Source: an uncultured delta proteobacterium
GTDB lineage: Bacteria; Myxococcota_A; Polyangia; Polyangiales; Polyangiaceae
Direction of reading: 5' to 3'
Length of the DNA: 64,000 bases
Assembly: GCA_963806225.1 (NCBI GenBank)
Contig: CAWDXG010000004.1
Location: forward strand, 2,560,001 to 2,624,000
Shown here: one piece after another, positions 59,898 through 64,000 of the stretch
How the letters are laid out: every line of letters begins with the position of its first letter
How positions within the stretch are numbered: position 1 is the stretch's first letter
Notes under the pieces: model-generated
The model's database searches: none
What the model saw: the letters and a program-made list of their open reading frames with translations, nothing else
Told to the model about the DNA's origin: nothing
Position numbers and translations under genes: made by a program

Positions 59898-60506
59898 CTA
59901 GCCGGAGGGCGATGTCGGGGCTATCGCGGCGGCGATCGTGTCGAGCACCTGCTGCTGGTCGACCGAGCGCAGGTACTCGGCGTATTCCTCCAGCCGCTGC
60001 CGGAAGGCGCGGCCCTGCTCGGTGTCGAGCTGGAAGTGTTCGGCTTCGTCGTCGGAGAAGTCGAAGTTGATGAAGCCGCGGCAGCCGGACGACCCGCACA
60101 GGCAGGGATCGCGCTCGGGCTCGTTCCGCGTGACCCAGCCGTAGAAGATGGTCACTTCCTCGCCGGGCTGGATAGGACGAATGCACTGGATGCGGCCCTC
60201 GCCGCTCGAATAGATGGCGGCGTTGGGGTTGCAGCTGTGGTTGCACAGCCAGCCACCCGGCACGCTGGTGTCGGGAATGATGACCCAGTAGCGGTCGGAC
60301 AGCAGCGTGAACTTCGTGTCAGCGGCGGCGACGGCCTCCGGGTCCTCCACGTCGAGCCTGCGCTGCTTGGGCGCGTATGGCACGATCAAGTCGCCCGGCT
60401 CGAAGCGGCGGCGCGCGAAGACTCCCCTGCCCTCGATGGTGCTGTCGCGGAACAGCACGGGAGCCAGGCTGAACATGGTCTTCTTCTTGGTGCTGCGCTT
60501 CGCCAC
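59898..60506 (-). CDS. SET-domain protein-lysine methyltransferase with post-SET motif
   Basis: IEGRGVFA, NHSCNPN, IQPGEEVTIFY, CLCGSSGCRG. Confidence 0.9.
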   Translation of the reverse strand: MAKRSTKKKTMFSLAPVLFRDSTIEGRGVFARRRFEPGDLIVPYAPKQRRLDVEDPEAVAAADTKFTLLSDRYWVIIPDTSVPGGWLCNHSCNPNAAIYSSGEGRIQCIRPIQPGEEVTIFYGWVTRNEPERDPCLCGSSGCRGFINFDFSDDEAEHFQLDTEQGRAFRQRLEEYAEYLRSVDQQQVLDTIAAAIAPTSPSG

Positions 60507-60567
60507 GGGCGGCCCAGCGTAGCGCAGTCAGCGGGCCCGGCACCGGGCTTCGGCGCCGGACGGTCGT

Positions 60568-60777
60568 TCAGCCGCAGCCTTCGCACTGCGCGATGCCGAC
60601 GAGCTCCCGCGCGTCATCGCAGTCGATATCCGTCCCCGCGTGGAGCAGCCGGAGCGCCCGTTCGAGCCACACGGCCCTGTGCTCCGGCTCGGTCTCCATA
60701 GCCGATTTCAATGCGTCCCGCGCTTCCGGAGGGACGGCGCTGCTGTGGAGAAGAAGCCTCGTAATCGAAAACGCCAT
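60568..60777 (-). CDS. Small hypothetical protein
   Basis: 69-aa ORF with host-like codon usage. Confidence 0.5.
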   Translation of the reverse strand: MAFSITRLLLHSSAVPPEARDALKSAMETEPEHRAVWLERALRLLHAGTDIDCDDARELVGIAQCEGCG

Positions 60778-60887
60778 GCTATCTGACCCGTTTCCGGGCG
60801 GATCAAGCCGCCCATCTAGAGGAACATGGGGCGCCCTTCCGCTCCGTCAAGATGTCGACGGCGCGCCAGCCCGTTCCGGCGTCGACT

Positions 60888-61502
60888 TCATCGCGCGCAC
60901 GATGAGTGAAACGCGGCACCGAGGATCGGCAGCAGCACTTCGCGGCCGAGGTCGATGCCGAAGCCAACCGCATACGACGGCCCGCTCGATCCCATCCAGT
61001 CCTGGCGCACCTCGCCCCAGCCATGGAGGCCGCTCAAGACATAGGTGGCAATCGTGCCGCGACGGCACTCCGCGGCTTCCATGATGGTCTGGTAGAACGG
61101 ATACGCTTCCCCGCGCAGTCCAACGCCGAAACCGATCAGCTTGGTCGAATCGGAGCTGCTGTGCCAGAGCGGCGCGAAAGTGCCGGTTGCCACGAACAGC
61201 GGCCCTCGAGCGCCGGCACGCGCCGACACACCGGCGCCGAGACCGGTGGCGAGGAACGAGCGTCGCTGCCCCGGCGCGAGCGTGCGCTGGGCGTCCATCC
61301 CGAACACCACGTCGAGCTGCACGGACCGCGACAGCTGCGCCACAGATAGCTCGTCGTCGAAGGCAAGCGAAAGCACTCGCGAGTGGAACAGGTGCGAGTA
61401 GCCCCAACCGACCTTGATCGGACCACGCACGTCGAGTTCCAGGTGCGATGACGCGGGCGACGGCGCTCCGGTGGCGATCACCTGATCGGCCCGTGCCTGA
61501 GC
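60888..61502 (-). pseudogene. 5'-truncated secreted/outer-membrane protein gene
   Basis: Beta-strand-rich ORF that begins AQARA-DQV (signal peptidase-like site) directly at the intron remnant junction; no start codon or hydrophobic signal core. Confidence 0.55.
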
Positions 61503-62175
61503 CCAGAATCTTGCGCTTCCATGCAAGGTCGATCGCGCTCTTCGACTCGTTGACGCGCAGCCGGAGTCGCCCGTACAGCCGCCGTAGCAGCCTCATCACG
61601 CGCTCGCCTGCTCGCCGGGACCGCACGTAAACGCTGCAGTCGTCGGCGTAGCGCACGAAGGCGTGACCGCGCTTCTCCAGCTCCTTGTCGACCTCGTCGA
61701 GGAGCACGTTCGCGAGCAGCGGCGACAAGGGCCCGCCTTGCGGCGTCCCCTCGTGCCGTTCCACCACCACCCCGTTCGCCAGCACGCCGGCTTCGAGATA
61801 GCGGCGGATGAGCCCCAGCACGCGGCGGTCGCCGACGCGCTTCGCCATCCTTCCCATCAGCACGTCGTGGTGTACGCGGTCGAAGAATTGCTCCAGGTCC
61901 ACGTCAACCACCCACTTGCGACCGGCCTGGACGTGCCGGTGCGCTTCGACGACAGCGTCGTGCGCACGGTGACCGGGCCGGAAGCCGTGGCTGTGCTTCG
62001 AGAAGTCCGTGCCCGCCGCCGCCTCGGATCCGGTTCTTGTACATCGGCCCGCGGTTTCGCTCCCCGCTTCCTTCCCACGGTCGGTCGCTCTCCCGCAGTT
62101 GCGGTTCGCTTCGATCGGGATGACTTCCTCTCGGCCGGACTTCCACCGGCAAGACAGCGCCCATGCTGGGCGCAC
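61500..62175 (-). mobile_element. Class C group II intron remnant: 5' end of domain 1 joined to an RT core fragment
   Basis: Starts GTGCGCCCAGCATGGGCG right after a terminator; from 62007 DFSKHSHGFRPG, VDVDLEQFFD, GTPQGGPLSPLLAN, RYADD, ending KRKILG at 61501. Confidence 0.9.
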
Positions 62176-62213
62176 AAACACCAACGCCCACCCGGAATCC
62201 GGATGGGCGTTGG
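62176..62213 (-). terminator. Rho-independent terminator (intron target site)
   Basis: CCAACGCCCATCCGGA-T-TCCGGGTGGGCGTTGG followed by TGTTT on the minus strand. Confidence 0.8.
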
Positions 62214-62263
62214 ATCGGTGTGACGAGCCGCTGCCAGAGCGGCGCGCGCCGTGGCTCAGCCTA

Positions 62264-63127
62264 CTACTGCCAGGCGCAGCCGGGCTGGGCCTGGCACAGT
62301 ACCTGCGTGCTGATCGCGTTGCAGGCCGTGGGAGTACCGCCGCACGTGGCGGTACTGTAGGAGCAGCCGGCGGCGTTGCAGAGGCTCGCGGTCGGGAACG
62401 TGTCGCACGAGTTCGCCGTGCCGCTGCACGTCGAGCTGCCCGGATCCCAGCTGCAACCGATGGTCGTGCAGCCGGATGCGCTGGTCTTGTTGCCGCAATC
62501 GGTGGGAGTGCCGGTGCAGTCGTTGGTCGCGGCCGTGCAACCGTCCGCCGAGATGCAGTCGGAAGCGTTGAGCGTGTTGCACGCCGACGCCGTGCCGGTG
62601 CAGGACATCGACGTAGTGCCGCCGGTGCCGCCGGTGCCTGCCGTGCCGCCGGTGCCTGCCGTGCCGCCGGTGCCTGCCGTGCCGCCGGTGCCTGCCGTGC
62701 CGCCGGTGCCTGCCGTGCCGCCGGTGCCTGCCGTGCCGCCGGTGCCTGCCGTGCCGCCGGTGCCTGCCGTGCCGCCGGTGCCTGCCGTGCCGCCGGTGCC
62801 TGCCGTGCCGCCGGTGCCTGCCGTGCCGCCGGTGCCTGCCGTACCGCCGGTGCCTGCCGTGCCGCCGGTGCCTGCCGTGCCGCCGGTGCCTGCCGTGCCG
62901 CCGGTGCCTGCCGTGCCGCCCATCGCGCCGGTGCCGCCCGAGCCGCCGAAAGCGCCGGACCCTCCAGAACCACCCGTCGCACCCGTGCCGCCGGTGCCCG
63001 CGCCACCCTCCGTCGCGCCTCCGGTTCCGCCGCTGCCGCCCCCATTGTTGCTGCTTCCGCAGCCCTGGAACGCTATGGCGCCGAGAAAAATCCCAATGAC
63101 TATCAAGCTATTACTGGTTCTCATCAT
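62264..63127 (-). CDS. Lipoprotein with long GGTAGT linker and four Cys-rich repeats
   Basis: Lipobox FQGC; four repeats of CxGT(A/P)xxC followed by C and GCx(W/Y/A). Confidence 0.8.
   Translation of the reverse strand: MMRTSNSLIVIGIFLGAIAFQGCGSSNNGGGSGGTGGATEGGAGTGGTGATGGSGGSGAFGGSGGTGAMGGTAGTGGTAGTGGTAGTGGTAGTGGTAGTGGTAGTGGTAGTGGTAGTGGTAGTGGTAGTGGTAGTGGTAGTGGTAGTGGTAGTGGTAGTGGTAGTGGTGGTTSMSCTGTASACNTLNASDCISADGCTAATNDCTGTPTDCGNKTSASGCTTIGCSWDPGSSTCSGTANSCDTFPTASLCNAAGCSYSTATCGGTPTACNAISTQVLCQAQPGCAWQ
62633..62920. repeat. 18-bp coding tandem repeat x16
   Basis: GGTGCCTGCCGTGCCGCC x16 (288 nt) with one synonymous variant at 62843. Confidence 0.95.
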
Positions 63128-63291
63128 GTGAAGTGCCCTCGCTAGAACGGTTCGTGGAACCACCCCGCAGACATTATGACGGGCATCATGATCTCGCCAA
63201 CTCCCACAGCGCCGCGTGATCAGGCCTCTGGGCCGGCTGCCTCTCCGGTCCCCGCTTGACGCCTGCGAAGAGCGCCTGGACAAGGGGCGGC

Positions 63292-63726
63292 ATGAAGGAT
63301 CTCGACACGCCGAAGGTGCGTCATCTGCTCAACTCCATCCTCGAGCACGAGCTCGCAGGGGTGGTGCGCTACACGCACTACGCACTGATGGTGACGGGGC
63401 CGAACCGCATCCCGCTCGTCGCGTTCATGAAGACGCAGGCGCAGGAGTCGCTGACGCACGCCGAGCAGGTGGGCGAGCTGCTCACCGGACTCGAGGGGCA
63501 CCCCTCGCTCAGCATCGCCAAGCTGGAGGAATCCAACAAGCACTCCACCCAGGCGCTCATCGCCGAGAGCCTGAAGCACGAGGAAGCGGCGTCGAGACTC
63601 TACAAGGAGCTGCTCGCCAGCGTGCAGGATGCAAGCGTGTACCTCGAGGAGTTCGCGCGCTCCATGATCGGCCAGGAAGAGCTGCACCAGCTGGAGCTGC
63701 GCAAGATGCTGCGCGACTTCAGCTAG
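63292..63726 (+). CDS. Bacterioferritin-like (ferritin-like domain) protein
   Basis: LEHELAGVVRY, QESLTHAE, HEE, QEELH di-iron ligand pattern. Confidence 0.85.
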   Translation: MKDLDTPKVRHLLNSILEHELAGVVRYTHYALMVTGPNRIPLVAFMKTQAQESLTHAEQVGELLTGLEGHPSLSIAKLEESNKHSTQALIAESLKHEEAASRLYKELLASVQDASVYLEEFARSMIGQEELHQLELRKMLRDFS

Positions 63727-63741
63727 GGTCGGCGCTCGCGC

Positions 63742-64000
63742 TCAGTAGCCGAAGTCCGGAGTCCCCGGCTTGGCGGTCGCGGCGGGCTTCTTCGGCACAG
63801 CGGTGGGCTTCGGCTTGGACGTTCGCGACGGGCCGTCGCGCGACGTGCTGCGATACCTTCGCCGAGGGCTTCGTGGGCGGAGGCGCCTTGGGCGCCGTCG
63901 GCTTTGCGGGTGGAGGCGGAGGTGCCGCCTGCTCGCTTGCGCTCGGTGCGGAAGGTGCTTCGGGCGTGGCCGAGGGCTCCGCTGGCGGCTTCTCCGCACT
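63742..64000 (-). CDS. Pro/Ala/Lys-rich C-terminus of a gene entering from the right (apparent +1 frameshift near 63822)
   Basis: SAEKPPAEPSATPEAP in one frame continues as SKPKPTAVPKK to TPDFGY-stop in the next. Confidence 0.6.
   Translation of the reverse strand, partial: VRRSRQRSPRPRPKHLPHRAQASRRHLRLHPQSRRRPRRLRPRSPRRRYRSTSRDGPSRTSKPKPTAVPKKPAATAKPGTPDFGY

Noticed and set aside
62633..62920. Possible CRISPR array (also considered for 44188-44271)
   Set aside because: Head-to-tail units with no spacers, in frame within coding linkers; no cas genes

Overview
High-GC bacterial chromosomal window, most likely Myxococcota (Polyangiaceae-like). This is inferred from a MYXO-CTERM-type tail, many Gly/Ser-linker and Cys-rich lipoproteins, and a Hanks-type pseudokinase. 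Housekeeping content: fadI-fadJ, an acyl-CoA dehydrogenase, an enoyl-CoA hydratase, sucA-sucB-lpdA, a 1-Cys peroxiredoxin, an RlmN-family enzyme and a bacterioferritin-like gene. No rRNA, tRNA or CRISPR array was seen. Most notable: (1) an uncharacterised four-gene operon (Zn-ribbon protein plus three paralogous double-YbjQ/UPF0145 proteins) divergent from an ECF sigma/anti-sigma unit; (2) a two-gene operon with the PlsA/PlsR (Ger-like) architecture of oxygen-independent plasmalogen/ether-lipid synthesis, with a palindromic operator; (3) two unrelated, doubly deleted group II intron remnants, one inside the suc operon next to a palindromic element and one class C type directly after a terminator. 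About nine single-base frameshifts, almost all +1 and several in core genes, are best explained as sequencing or assembly errors. All family assignments come from motif recognition by eye; no database searches were run.
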